Source of the DNA: Pristiophorus japonicus
Taxonomy: Eukaryota
Assembly (NCBI RefSeq): GCF_044704955.1
Contig: NC_091992.1
Span: forward strand, 128,092,001 to 128,156,000
Direction: 5' to 3'
Length of the DNA: 64,000 bases
Shown: one piece after another, positions 12,655-24,107 of the stretch
Layout of the letters: the number at the start of each line of letters is the position of its first letter
How positions within the stretch are numbered: the stretch's first letter is position 1
Program-made: the position numbers and the translations under genes
The notes under the pieces: generated by a model
What the model was told of the DNA's origin: nothing
Seen by the model: only the letters and a program-made list of their open reading frames with translations
The model's database searches: none

Positions 12655-13368
12655 CACTTGGTGTAGGAGGGAGGGCTTTACATTTTTGAGGCATTTGGAC
12701 CGCTTCTGGGGGAGATGGGACCTGTACAAACCGAATGGGTTGCACCCCAACAGAGCCGGGACCAATATCCTCGCGGGGAGTTTTGCTCGTGCTGTTGGGG
12801 AGAGTTTAAACTAGCTTGGCAGGGGGATGGGAACCTGAGAACAAATTCAAAAGGGAAGGAAGTAAAGCAGAAATTGGATAGCAAGAATCTAGAAAACGAA
12901 TCTGTAAGACAGAGAAAACAAAGCTTAGTAAGGAGGTCTTCCTGTGTTAAATGGTATATACTTTAATGCAAGGAGTATAGCGAATAAGGCGGATGAGCTA
13001 AGAGCACAGGTAGACACTTGGGAGTATGATATTACAGAAACATGCCTGAAAGAGGGGCTGGTTTGGCAGATCAATATCCCTGGTTACAGGATTTTTAGAC
13101 AAGATAGAGATGGGGGTAAAAAAGATGGGGGCAGGGGGCGGCGGTCACGGTACTGATTAAAGAAACTATTACAGTGGTGAGGAGGGATGAGGGATGATAT
13201 GTTAGAGGGACCATGAAATGAGGCCATATGGGCCGAATTGAAAAATAAAAAAGGGGCAATCACACTGCTGGGCGTGTATTATAGACCCCCAAACAGTGGG
13301 AGGGAGATAGAGGAGCAAATATGTCGGCAAATTGCTGTGAAGTCCAAAAACCATAGGGTAGTAATAGT
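12655..13368 (+). mobile_element. CR1 LINE fragment (ORF1 esterase end + start of ORF2 endonuclease)
   Basis: WCRREGFTFL..WGRWDLYK..GLHPN; YFNARSIANKADEL..ITET; GVYYRPPNS. Confidence 0.88.
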
Positions 13369-16300
13369 AGTGTGCTCTGATTCGGGACCATCTCAAATCT
13401 AAAGAAGGCATCATTATCTCGAGATACCGCTTTTACAAGCATGTTGGTTCTGAGGGCCAGGAGCTGGCGGAATTTGTTGCCGTCTCGCTGGGCCGTGTAA
13501 GTTTGGAACCGCGTTGGAAGACATGCTGCGTGACGTCTTTGTAACAGGCCTAAACCACGAGGTGATCCTGCGGAAACTGCTGGCTGCGGAGGCGCTGGAT
13601 CTGAGCAGGGCCATCACGATCGCCCAGGCTTGCCTGACCACAGTCGATAGTACAAAGCAGATATCCTCGCAGAGTCGGAACTCCACGGCAAGTACTGTGC
13701 TCCAGATTGTGTCATCGGTTAGCGGAGCTGCATATGGCAGGGCCCAGCCGACTGTGTTTGCGAAACCTGTAGCTACTCGAAGTCCGCCATTGGGCACGAA
13801 TCCGATTTCACCCTGTTGGCGTTGTGGGGGCAATCATCGGCCTCATCAGTGCCGTTTCAGACAGTATATTTGTAGAGGCTGTGCGAAAATGGGGCACCTT
13901 CAGCGGGGTGTGTTCGCAGCTCAGTAAGCGTGCTGCGACACACCATGTGAATGATGATGACCGATCCGGAGCGGATCCGGCAATGTAACCCGAGATACCC
14001 AAGGAGGAAGTGTTTAGTGTACATTCATTCCTGGCAAAGAGCCGACCGATAATGATTAAAGTAAAATTGTACGGCGTGCCGGTATCTATGGAATTAGACA
14101 CAGGTGCGAGTCAGTCAATTATGAGCCAGAGGACTTTCGAAAAGCTGTGGGACACCAAGGCCGTGAAACCCAAGCTGAGTCCAGTAAATGCAAAATTGCG
14201 TACCTACACCAAAGAGCTCATACCAGTGATTGGCAGTGCAGCAGTCACGGTGTCGTACGATGGGGCGGTTCATGATCTATTGCTGTGGATCATTCCAGGC
14301 AATGGTCCAACGCTGTTGGGCAGCAGTTGGCTCAAAAAAATAAAGTGGAACTGTAACGATATTAAAGCTTTGTCATTGGTGGATGACGCTTCGTGTGCTC
14401 AAGTGCTGAGCAAATTTCCCTCGCTGTTTGAACCGGGCATCGGCAACTTCACGGGAGCCAAGGTGCAGATCCACCTGGACTCAGATGCAAGACCCGTCCA
14501 TCACAAAGCCCGGGCGGTCCCGTACATGATGAGGGAGAAGGTCGAAATCGAACTGGACAGACTCCAACATGAAGGGGTCATTTCACCGGTCGAATTTAAC
14601 GAATGGGCTAGTCCCATTGCTCCTGTGCTGAAGAGCGATGGCACTGTCAGGATTTGTGGAAACTACAAGGTTACGATCAACCGAGTTTCGAAACAGGATC
14701 AGTACCTATTACCAAAGGCTAATGACCTGTTTGCACCGCTAGCCGGGGGAAAGTCGTTCACCAAATTGGATTTGACGTCAGCCTATATATATGACACAGG
14801 AGTTTGTCGAAGTGTCGAAGAAACTTACGTGCATCAATACCCATAAAGGGCTGTTCATTTACAACAGGTGTCCTTTCGAAATTCGCTCGGCTGCAGCCAT
14901 ATTTCAGAGAAACATAGAGGGTTTACTGAAGTCCGTCCCTAGAACCGTGGTGTTCCAAGAAGACATTCTGGTCACAGGTCGTGATACTGCCGAACACCTG
15001 CACAACCTGGAAGAGGTTCTACGTCATCTGGACAAAGTAGGGCTCAGGCTGAAACGTTCAAAGTGCATCTTTATGGCACTGGAAATCGAATTCCTGGGAA
15101 GGAAGTTTGCTGCAGACGGCATCAGGCCTACAGACTCGAAAACAGAGGCCATCAAAAATGCACCCAGATCCCAGAATGTGCTGCGTTCGTTCCTTGGTCT
15201 TCTCAACTAATTTGGTAATTTCTGACCTAAATTGAGCACATTATTAGAGCCATTGCACAAGCTGCTCAGAAAAAGCGACAACTGGGTTTGGGGTGTATTT
15301 CAAGACAGGGCCATCGAGAAGGCTAGAAATCTGCTTTGTTCCAACAAATTGCTGGTACATTATGACCCGTGCAAGCGTTTAGTATTGGCCTGTGATGCTT
15401 CATCACATGGGGTTGGTTGTGGGCTCCAACAATCCAATGAGTCGGGTAAACTACAACCCGTTGCGTATGCGTCGAGAAGCATATCTAAAGCAGAAAGAGC
15501 CTACGGCATGGTGGAGAAAGAAGCTTTAGCCTGCGTATATGGGTTTAAAAATATACACCAGTATCTGTTTGGGCTTCGTTTCGAGCTTGAAACCGATCAC
15601 AAGCCGCTCATATCTTTGTTTTCAGAGCATCGTGGTATCAAATACCAATGCATCGTCCCGCATCCAGAGATGGGTGCTGACATTATGTGCCTATCATTAT
15701 GTATTTGCCATAGACCTGGCACCGAGAATTGTGCTGATGCATTGAGCCATTTACCATTGCCCACGCCGGAGGTGGAAATGCCACAGCCCGCAGACCAGTT
15801 AGTCATGGATGCCTTTGAGAGTGAAGGGTCGCCTGTCACTGTTTAACAAGTTAGGACCTGGACCAGCCAGGATCCGATCTTATCGGTTGTAAAATGTTGT
15901 GTCCTTAGTGGTGATTGGTTGGCCATTCCCAGGGAAGTCTGTGATGAGACCAAACCTTACAACCGTCGCAAAGACAAATTATCCATTCAATCTGATTGTT
16001 TGCTATGGGATAATCATGTTGTTATGCCCAAGAAAGGCAGGGAGAGATGTGTACGGGATTTACACAGTACCCATCCCAGTATTGTGATGATGAAGGCCAT
16101 TGCCAGGTCCCATGTTTGGTGGCCTGGCATTGACTCTGATTTGGAGTCATGTGTGCATCAGTGCAACACTTGCATGCAGTTAAGCAATGCACCAGTGGAA
16201 TCTCCGCTAAGTCGGTGGTCGTGGCCATCCAAACCATGGTCGAGGATCCACATCGACTATGCGGGTCCTTTCCTGGGCAAAATGTTTTTGGTGATGGTGG

Positions 16301-17158
16301 ATGCGTATTCCAAATGCATAGAATGTGTAATCATGTCATCCAGCACATTCACAGCCACCACTGAGAGCCTTCGTGCCATGTTCGCCACTCATGGTCTGCC
16401 TGACATCAATGGTATCAAGCACGTAAGGTCAGCACCATTCAAACCCACGTCCAATGGTCAAGCGGAGCAGGCCGTCCAAACCATCAAGCAGAGCCTGAAA
16501 CGCGTAACTCACGGTTCTTTGCAGACTTGCTTGTCACGCATACTGCTTAGTTACAGGACGAGACCTCACATGCTTACCGAGGTCCCCCCTGCTGAACTGT
16601 TGATGAAGAGAGGTCTCAAGACTAGGCTCTTGCTTGTCCACCCTGATCTTAACGATCACGTCGAAAACGGACGTCAACATCAGCAGTGGTATCATGATTG
16701 CACTGCCGTGTCACGCGACATCTTTATTAATAATCCTGTGTATGTGCTAAATTATGGTCAAGGCCCCAAGTGGGTCACTGGCACTGTTACAGCCAAGGAG
16801 GGTAACAGGGTGCTTATTGTCAGGCTCACTAATGAGCAAACATGCAGGAGGCACATTGATCAGATGAAATTGCGGCACACAGACAAACCGGAACAGCTTG
16901 AAGAAGACACCATCAATGACCAACCGATTCATGTTCAGCCATCAGAAGACCCTGCTGTTGTCAATGAATCTGGACCTTCAATCCCCGACATGGACACTGC
17001 CACTCCCATTAGATCGGCTACCCAGCCTCAAGACATCAATGACTCGGAGAGCTCACCCAGATCTGGAATTGAACTGAGACGATCAACTAGGGAGCGGAAA
17101 GCCCCGGTCCGTCTCAATTTGTAAATCGGACTGATACCAAGATCATGGGGGGGAATGA
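13369..17158 (+). mobile_element. Gypsy/Ty3 LTR retrotransposon B, 5'-truncated: gag (zinc knuckles), protease, RT, RNase H, integrase; decayed
   Basis: CWRCGGNH..C..ICRGCAKMGH zinc knuckles (13514..13927); MELDTGAS protease (14010..14846); RT and RNase H (14791..15846); integrase (15919..17124); PPT GGGGGGGAA near 17147-17155. Confidence 0.95.
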
Positions 17159-17363
17159 TGTAATGTATGTATGCCTGGGTTTACCTGCCACCAGGTGGAG
17201 CGACCGTCAGAGGTCATTGGGCCACAGACACACACGTGAAGCCCTTGTATTATAAAGAAAGCCTCCATGTTTAATCCTCACTTTGAGAGCTAATAAAGTA
17301 GAGTCAAGTCGCACCTGACTGTGTTCATGGTACTAAGCCTATTGAGTTATTGCATACGCAACA
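17159..17363 (+). mobile_element. 3' LTR of Gypsy element B
   Basis: TGTAATGTATG...CATACGCAACA termini, TATAAA near 17251 and AATAAA near 17292; follows the PPT. Confidence 0.85.
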
Positions 17364-17680
17364 AGAAACACATGCCAATTTCTTATTTTTCAAAAAAACC
17401 CAGAACTATATCTAAACGCCCCATCGTAAATTACCTCAAACACATCCACCCACCGTTTGTCTGTCTCTCTATTTTATTGGAGAGCTTGTATTTTTAACTT
17501 GCAGCATACAAGATTACGAATCTACATTGTGGTATCTGTCTCACCAGTCAGTCCTATGACGGAAGGACAAAAATAAACATTTCCTGATCTAGATTGCCAG
17601 AAGTACTTGCCCACATATCTCCCACTAACTGTTACTACAGAGAAAACAACTTTGTTTCTGATCATCCCAGTTCAACAAAT

Positions 17681-17717
17681 ATGTTGCAAACAATCTTCTC
17701 TCTTTGGATTGTTCTAT
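17681..17717 (+). CDS. Putative first coding exon (signal peptide MLQTIFSLWIVL) of a PECAM1-like Ig-superfamily gene
   Basis: ATG plus 12 mostly hydrophobic codons plus 1 nt, then a perfect GTAAGT donor. Phase 1 matches the downstream Ig exons. ETS-like motifs (ACGGAAG near 17559, ATTTCCT near 17579) lie upstream. Confidence 0.6.
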
Positions 17718-17726
17718 GTAAGTACA

Positions 17727-17735
<9 letters not shown>

Positions 17736-17774
<39 letters not shown>
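17736..17774. repeat. (TA)n microsatellite followed by a poly-T run
   Basis: Seen directly, about 20 bp downstream of the exon 1 donor. Confidence 0.95.
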
Positions 17775-17778
<4 letters not shown>

Positions 17779-17995
17779 ACTAATTTTAAAAATGGTTTTT
17801 ATTAGCATCAACATAAATGGTCAGCATTAGAATCAGACACAGAAAGCATGACATCAATATGGTTAGCTTGGGATGTAGGATTATGGAGTTAACCTTTTTT
17901 TTAAAGAAAGTTCTGCATTTCACCATAATTGCAGGGTTCTGCACAAGCAGGAAGCATCGCGATAAAAATAAAACTTGGTTGGCAGAGTGGCAATG

Positions 17996-18554
17996 AATTA
18001 AAGAAAGAGAAATGGATTGTTCCCAAATAATTTGGATGTGTTTTAAATGATGACAATACAATAAGAAATACACAGGGGCTGTGGCAAAGCTACGCAACAA
18101 AGCACAGCAACTAATTTAACTCTGATCTGGGATGTTTGTGATAATAACAGACAGTCTACTATAAAGTGATTTAAAACTTACAATATATCCTTTCAGATTA
18201 ATCACTGTAGTCTGTGTTTAATACACTGTGAAAATTTGAAGTTCCAATATCTAAACTCATTGTGTTTTCATTGTTTCAGTTCACGTTATTAAGACAATGG
18301 AGTCTTGGCAAGGTAAGGAGGTATTTAACGTTAATCCTTAAATATTCTGAGCTCTTACTATAAGATTGTACTGGAAAATAATGTAAAAAGCATGTGATAA
18401 ATACTGAGCAATAGAAAGCATTATATGGTTTCTGTAAATTAAAGAAAGGGAAAATGCATTCTTCCCAAATATTTTGGACGTGTTTTAAATGATGACGATA
18501 CAATAAGACATACACAGGGGATGTGGCAAAGCTACGCAGAAAAGCACAGCAACT
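17996..18554 (+). repeat. Diverged direct repeat of about 117 bp (17996-18112 and 18437-18554)
   Basis: AATTAAAGAAAG..TTCCCAAATA..GTTTTAAATGATGAC..TACACAGGGG.TGTGGCAAAGCTACGCA..AAAGCACAGCAACT occurs twice. Confidence 0.9.
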
Positions 18555-18674
18555 CTTTGAGAATTTAACTATGGTCTGGACCATACAATTTCAAAATTTA
18601 CAGATGACAGCAAATTGGGGGACTGCGTCAAAATACTGGATGACATTAATAAACTAGCAGAATCTGTGCTCCAC

Positions 18675-18955
18675 CAATTGTGGCCTCTTGCACATCCCAG
18701 TTTTAATCGCTTCACTATTGGCGGCCGTGCCTTCAGCTGTCGAGGGCCTAAGTTCTGTAATTCCCTCCCTAAACCTCTCCACCTCTCTTCATTCCTTTAA
18801 GGCACTCCTTAAAACCTACCCCTTTGACCAAACCTTTGGTCATCTGCCCTAATATCTCCTTATGTGGCTTGGTGTCAAAGTTTGTTTGATAACACTCCTG
18901 CGCAGCATCTTGAGATGTTTTACTACATTAAAGGCACTATATAAATACATGTTGT
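18675..18955 (+). mobile_element. L2-type LINE/SINE 3' end
   Basis: GGCGGCCGTGCCTTCAGCTG..CTTAAAACCTAC..TTTGACCAA..GGCACTATATAAAT. A related antisense copy lies at about 40640-40800. Confidence 0.7.
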
Positions 18956-19132
18956 TGCGTAATTGGCAAATGAACTTTAGCATAGTTAAGTGTGAGGTGG
19001 GACATTTTGGTAGGAAGAATAAGGAGGCCACAGGTGGAAAATAAGTGTCTAAATGGAGTAATGGAACAGAGAGATCTGGGGGTACAGATAAACAGATCAT
19101 TAAAAGTAGCGACGCAGGTTAATATATGGATT

Positions 19133-19555
19133 TGTATAGCACCTTTCACGACCACCCAAAGTGCTTTACAGCCAATGAAGTACTTTTTGAGTGTAGTCGC
19201 TGTTGTAATGTGGGAAACGCGGCAGCCAACTTACGCACAGCAAGCTCCCACACACAGCAATGTGATAATGACCAGATAATCTGTTTTTGTGATGTTGGTT
19301 GAGGGATAAATATTGGCCAGGACACCGGGGATAACTCCCCTGCTCTTCTTCGAAATAGTACCATGGGATCTTTTACGTCCACCTGAGAGAGCAGACGGGG
19401 CCTCGGTTTAACATCTCATCCAAAAGACAGCATTCCCTCAGCACTACACTGGAGTGTCAGCCCATATTTATGCGCTCAAGTCCCTGGAGTGAGACTTGAA
19501 CCCACAACCTTCTGGCTCAGAAGCAAGTGTGCTATCCACTGAGCCACAGCTGACA
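19133..19555 (-). mobile_element. tRNA-derived DeuSINE (SacSINE1/AmnSINE1-like)
   Basis: Minus-strand A box TGGCTCAGTGGATAGC and B box GGTTCAAGTC, a Deu-like core (GATGTTAAACCGAGGCCCCGTCTGC..GTAAAAGATCCCATGG..GGTGTCCTGGCCAATATT) and an L2-like tail. Confidence 0.8.
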
Positions 19556-19659
19556 CATAATAAGACCATAAAAATGCAAACAAAGCTCTGTCACAAAAAG
19601 AATTAAGGAAACAATTTCTTTACACAGAGGTTGGTTAGAACTTGAATTCTCTGCCACTA

Positions 19660-20870
19660 AACATAAGAACATAAGAAATAGGAGCAGGAGCAGGCCATAC
19701 GGCCCCTCAAGCCTGCTCCACCATTTAATACGATCATGGCTGATCTGATCATGGACTCAGCTCCACTTCCCTGCCCACTCCCCATAACCCCTATCCCCTT
19801 ATTGGTTAAGAAACTGTCAATCTCTGTCCTAAATTTATTCAATGACCCAGCTTCCACAGCTCTCTGAGGCAGCAAATTCCACAGATTTACAACCCTCTGA
19901 GAGAAGAAATTCCTCCTCATCTCAGTTTTAAATGGGCGGCCCCTTATTCTAAGATCATGCCCGCTAGTTCCAGTCTCCCCCATCAGTGGAAACATCCTCC
20001 CTGCATCCACCTTGTCAAGCCCCCTCATAATCTTATACGTTTTGCTAAGATCACCTCTCATTCTTCTGAATTCCAATGAGTAGAGGCCCAACCTCCTCAA
20101 CCTTTCCTCATAAGTCAACCCCTTCATCTCCAGAATCAACCTAGTGAACCTTCTCTGAACTTCCTCCAAAGCAAGTAGATCCTTTCGTAAATATGGAAAC
20201 CAAAACTGTACGCAGTATTCCAGGTGCGGCCTCGCCAATACCCTGTATAACTGTAGCAAGACTTCCCTGCTTTTATTCTCCATCCCCTTTGCAATAAAGG
20301 CCAAGATTCCATTGGCCTTCCTGATCACTTGCTATACCTACATACTAACCTCTTGTGTTTCATGCACAAGTACCCCCAGGTCCCGTTGTACTGCAGTACT
20401 TTGCAATTTTTCTCCATTTAAATAATAACTTGCTACTTGATTTTTTTCTGCCAAAGTGCATGACCTCACACTTTCCAACATTATACTTCATCTGCCAAAT
20501 TTTTGCCCACTTAGCCTGTCTATGCCCTTTTGCAGATTTTTTGGGTCCTCCTCACACATTGCTTTTCCTCCCATCTTTGTAGCATCAGCAAACTTGGCTA
20601 CGTTACACTCCAAGTCGTTAATATAGATTGTAAATAGTTGGGGTCCCAGCGCTGATCCCTGTGGCACCTCACTAGTTACTGATTGCCAACCTGAGAATGA
20701 ACCATTTACCCCGACTCTCTGTTTTCTGTTGGTTAGCCAATCCTCTATCCATGCTAATATATTACCCCCAACCCCGTGAACTTTTATCTTGTGCAGTAAC
20801 CTTTTATGTGGCACCTTGTCAAATGCCCTCTGGAAGTCCAAATACATTACATCCACTGGTTGCTCTTTAC
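19660..20870 (-). mobile_element. CR1 LINE 3' portion
   Basis: ORFs 20488..20856 and 19657..20328 (RPHLEYCVQFW, VQRRFTR, FFSQRVVNLWN); (ACATAAGA)n tail. Confidence 0.93.
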
Positions 20871-21166
20871 CCTGGCATCACGGAGACATGGCTCCAGGGT
20901 GACCAAGGCTGGGAATTCAACATCCAGGGGTATTCAACATTTAGGAAGGATAGACAGAAAGGAAAAGGAGGTGGGATAGCGTTGATGGTTAAAGAGGAAA
21001 TTAACGCAATAGTAAGGAGGGACATTAGCTTGGATGATGTGGAATCTGTATGTGTGGAGCTGCGGAATACCAAAGGGCAGAAAACACTACTGGGAGTTGT
21101 GTACAGACCACCAAACAGTAGTAGTGAGGTTGGGGACAGTATCAAACAAGAAATTAGGGATGCGTG
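20871..21166 (+). mobile_element. CR1 endonuclease fragment, 5' part of the copy split by the ERV
   Basis: GITETWLQG..FRKDR..GGG..GVVYRPPNS..EIRDAC; continues at 27219. Confidence 0.9.
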
Positions 21167-21846
21167 TGTTAGCGTTAGTGTTTTCTTAGAAGAATCACTC
21201 AACACTCAGGGTCGGTTCCAATGCTGAAGCAGCTTTTATTACGCTCAGCGGGAAGGAAAAACTCAGGACCGTATCCAGGTTTCTCTTCACAGAACAAAGG
21301 TTTACATGTACCTTTATATGTTTCACAACAGTTACAAAACAGTTTACTACAGTTACACAGCCCATCACGGCTGGACACAAGCCAATCACAACGATTATAG
21401 ATTACATATAGGTTCTTTTAACCCAATAGAATTCTCCTAGTATCCAGGGAACCATATGTTCGGTTATTGTCAGCTTGGGCTGATCGATGACTTTATAGGT
21501 TCTCTCCCTAGTTCTTTCATCTGGGAGAAATAATTGGTTTATAGCCTTGTTTACAGCAAATGGCTTCCCTCTTATCTTTCTTCCTGGGGAATTAATTGGT
21601 TTATGACCTTGCTCACAGGAGATGGTTTCCTTCTTATCTCTGTCTTCCCAGGCATTCCTACAGTGGGCCTCACAGGGTTATTGCTCGGTCAGTGAACGTT
21701 CAACAGTTCACAGCTTGACTACCTGGTTTCCCATCATGCCTGGGCAGCCATTTTATGTGTGTGTCCATTTAAGCTTATGTGAGTTTTAAATATCCAGCAG
21801 GTGCCTAATGCCTAAGTCTATATATATCTTTCTACTCTCTACAACA
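21167..21846 (-). mobile_element. ERV 3' LTR (680 bp)
   Basis: Minus strand reads TGTTGTAGAG...CGCTAACA. TATAAA near 21313-21318, AATAAA near 21235-21240, CCAAT near 21382, and two imperfect ~62-bp U3 repeats with CCAAT and AGATAAG motifs (about 21525-21650). Confidence 0.95.
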
Positions 21847-21862
21847 ATTCCCCCTTTCGGTA
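21847..21862 (-). other. ERV polypurine tract
   Basis: Minus strand GAAAGGGGGAAT immediately precedes the 3' LTR. Confidence 0.85.
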
Positions 21863-21983
21863 AAGGGACTAGTCCTAGTCCCCTTTTAACCAAAATACTG
21901 CCTTTATCTGATATTTGTGCACGGCCCGGTATTCCTTGCCTCAACGTGCTGGCCAGTCACGCGGTTTCAGGAGTTCCGGTTGC

Positions 21984-23997
21984 TTAAATCAAATTAACAA
22001 AGGCTAGCTCCTCCCGTCCCCTTATCAAACAGGCTTGTTTAATATCCAGGGAACGGTGATTAGTCCGTTTCCGCCATTTGTGGCGCCTGCATACCTGGCA
22101 GGCCATCACGCCCCAGGTTATTGCTAAGATTAATTGTATACCGACCAGTGTGTGTGAAATAATTCGGATCCATGGGTGGATGTTCACATTTATTCCCCAG
22201 TCCCAGACCTTTCTCCACCAACTCTGACTTTGTAAGTCTACCTCGGTATCTTCTTCCAGTTCTTTGATTTTAGTTTGTAGCTGGTGATAGATTTTTACAG
22301 ATTGCCCCACTCTGAGCCTTAACTCCCGTAATACCTCGGTTAGATGTGGGATAGGGACCTGCTCTGGCTCGTCATAATCCTGTAAATGATCATGGAGCTG
22401 ATTGGTTACCTCGATAACTTCGGACTTCCGGCGCCTAACCTGGGTGATATGCGCTTGCCCGATCGCGACAGGTCGTAGTGGTGTAAAGCAAAAGTTTGGC
22501 TGCGGTATAGGGCACTGCAGGTCATTATACTGGTATGAACGCTCTGTGGTAGAGACGCAGTATCTTCCCCTCCCTCCGTAGCCTGCCCTCGCGAAGTGCA
22601 TGTGTGCGGGCACTATTTCTAGTACACACCCGTTGGTTCGGTTAAACCCGCACTCGTCTAGTTCACCTCGGCCCACCGGGTGAGGGCATACTGTGATTTC
22701 CCCCTTTTGCTTGCAATCTGCTAGGGAAATCCCAGTAAGTATGTTGTTTCGACGAACGGCAGAGGTGGTGGTTAGGTAGTAGCGTATGGAGACATTTTCC
22801 CGTATTACTCCGATATTCTCTCGTTGGTATAGGGGGAACGGCCCTGAGTCCGGCGTGACTATAGGGATCATCAGGACTGTCCCTATCCCGGTAGTCCTAC
22901 CCATCTGGCAATCTGGAATTGCTGGGTATACTCTGGTCAGTCCCTTCAGAGTACAATTATCCAGTGTCCCCCTTTGGTTAGCCAACTGAGCTAAATCTTC
23001 CTGTTCTCTATCAATGAGGTGATTGATGGTTCTGGCGTGAGCTTCCAGAACTGAGATGCCATCCAGCTGGATTTTGGCACCCTCCTTTCCTAGGTTGGCT
23101 TGGTCTTCCTGGTTTTGCTCCACCCTCTCCAATAACCCCTTCATCACCCCTCTAAGCTGTTCCACCCTCTCATTTAATTCTTGTATGTCTATCGAGTTCA
23201 CTACGGAGGTCTCTGTATTGAAAACGGTAGCAACATCATTAACTATTTCCCTCTTCATCCTGGGGGCTAACCCCTGTCCCCGGAACCTACTGGCACCCAT
23301 TGCATCGGCAGCCTGCTGCATTACAACTTTACTTAATACATTGTACATCTTCCTTGACTGTTCTGTACAGTATTCCGGCATCTGGATGCCTGAAATATTG
23401 ATCAGAACAGGCACAATTTCATGTCTAACATTATCATACAACAGTTCCCCCTCGCTGTACATTACAATCCCATTCTCTGGTCCCTTCGTAGTTATGGGGC
23501 AAGGCAGTTCCTCGGGCAATGTAGTGATTCTTATGGGGCGCGGTGTCGGAGGGGGTGAGAAACATACATACAATGATATTGCAGCCGCCCCCACCTCCTC
23601 GTAATACCCACACAGCCCCATTCCCTTCTTGCGGATGACTGATTGCTGGGATTGTCCCGGAGGCGCACAAATTATGCCGAAAGTACATTCATCAGGCCCT
23701 TTGACATCCCTCCGTTTAATGCATCTGCTCCTTATACCCGTGGAGCACTGTACACATACTCTTATTCTTATTAGGATTCTTATTAGGATTCACTTGTAAC
23801 CATGCATTAAAATAAGTCCTGTCCTTGCTCCAGTCCTTGGCTGCTGGAATGCACATTCCGTCCGTTAAATTAAACAAGACTCCATAGTTCATGTAGTTGT
23901 TTATTTCCAGCGTGCTCTGCTGTCCGTCGGTGTTGCCCAGGGTACGTGCATGTCGCAGGGCTATCCATATTACGAGTAGCGCCGTTCGTATTCCCAT
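21984..23997 (-). CDS. env: ERV envelope / class I fusion glycoprotein (about 670 aa when one frameshift near 23760-23790 is repaired)
   Basis: Signal peptide MGIRTALLVIWIALRHART from ATG 23997; the second frame is open from about 23790 to 21984. Furin site RMKR (23250-23261), HR1 coiled coil, Cys-rich domain, HR2, Trp-rich SWWRKVWDWG, TM IISHTLVGIQLILAITWGVMAC and a basic tail. Confidence 0.88.
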
Positions 23998-24085
23998 TCC
24001 GGTAAGTATTATCTGTAATTTTAAACAGACGGCCTGGTCGTCACCAGGGGTTAAGTTTTTTTGCTCTACGAGTGTCCCTGTCACC

Positions 24086-24105
24086 CTGCAAAATCAGAAG
24101 CACAA
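24086..24105 (-). promoter_or_regulatory. env splice acceptor
   Basis: Minus strand TTGTGCTTCTGATTTTGCAG|G, about 90 nt upstream of the env ATG. Confidence 0.75.
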
Positions 24106-24107
24106 GG

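Noticed and set aside
1-17363. The two Gypsy segments as two ends of one element, or as the helper of the env-only ERV
   Set aside because: Each has its own pol and a different 3' LTR sequence. Both are frameshifted, and their LTRs are unrelated to the ERV LTRs.
19480-19555. tRNA gene
   Set aside because: The A/B boxes belong to the head of a DeuSINE; there is no complete cloverleaf.
23056-23604. 182-aa + strand ORF
   Set aside because: Antisense shadow of the env coiled-coil region.
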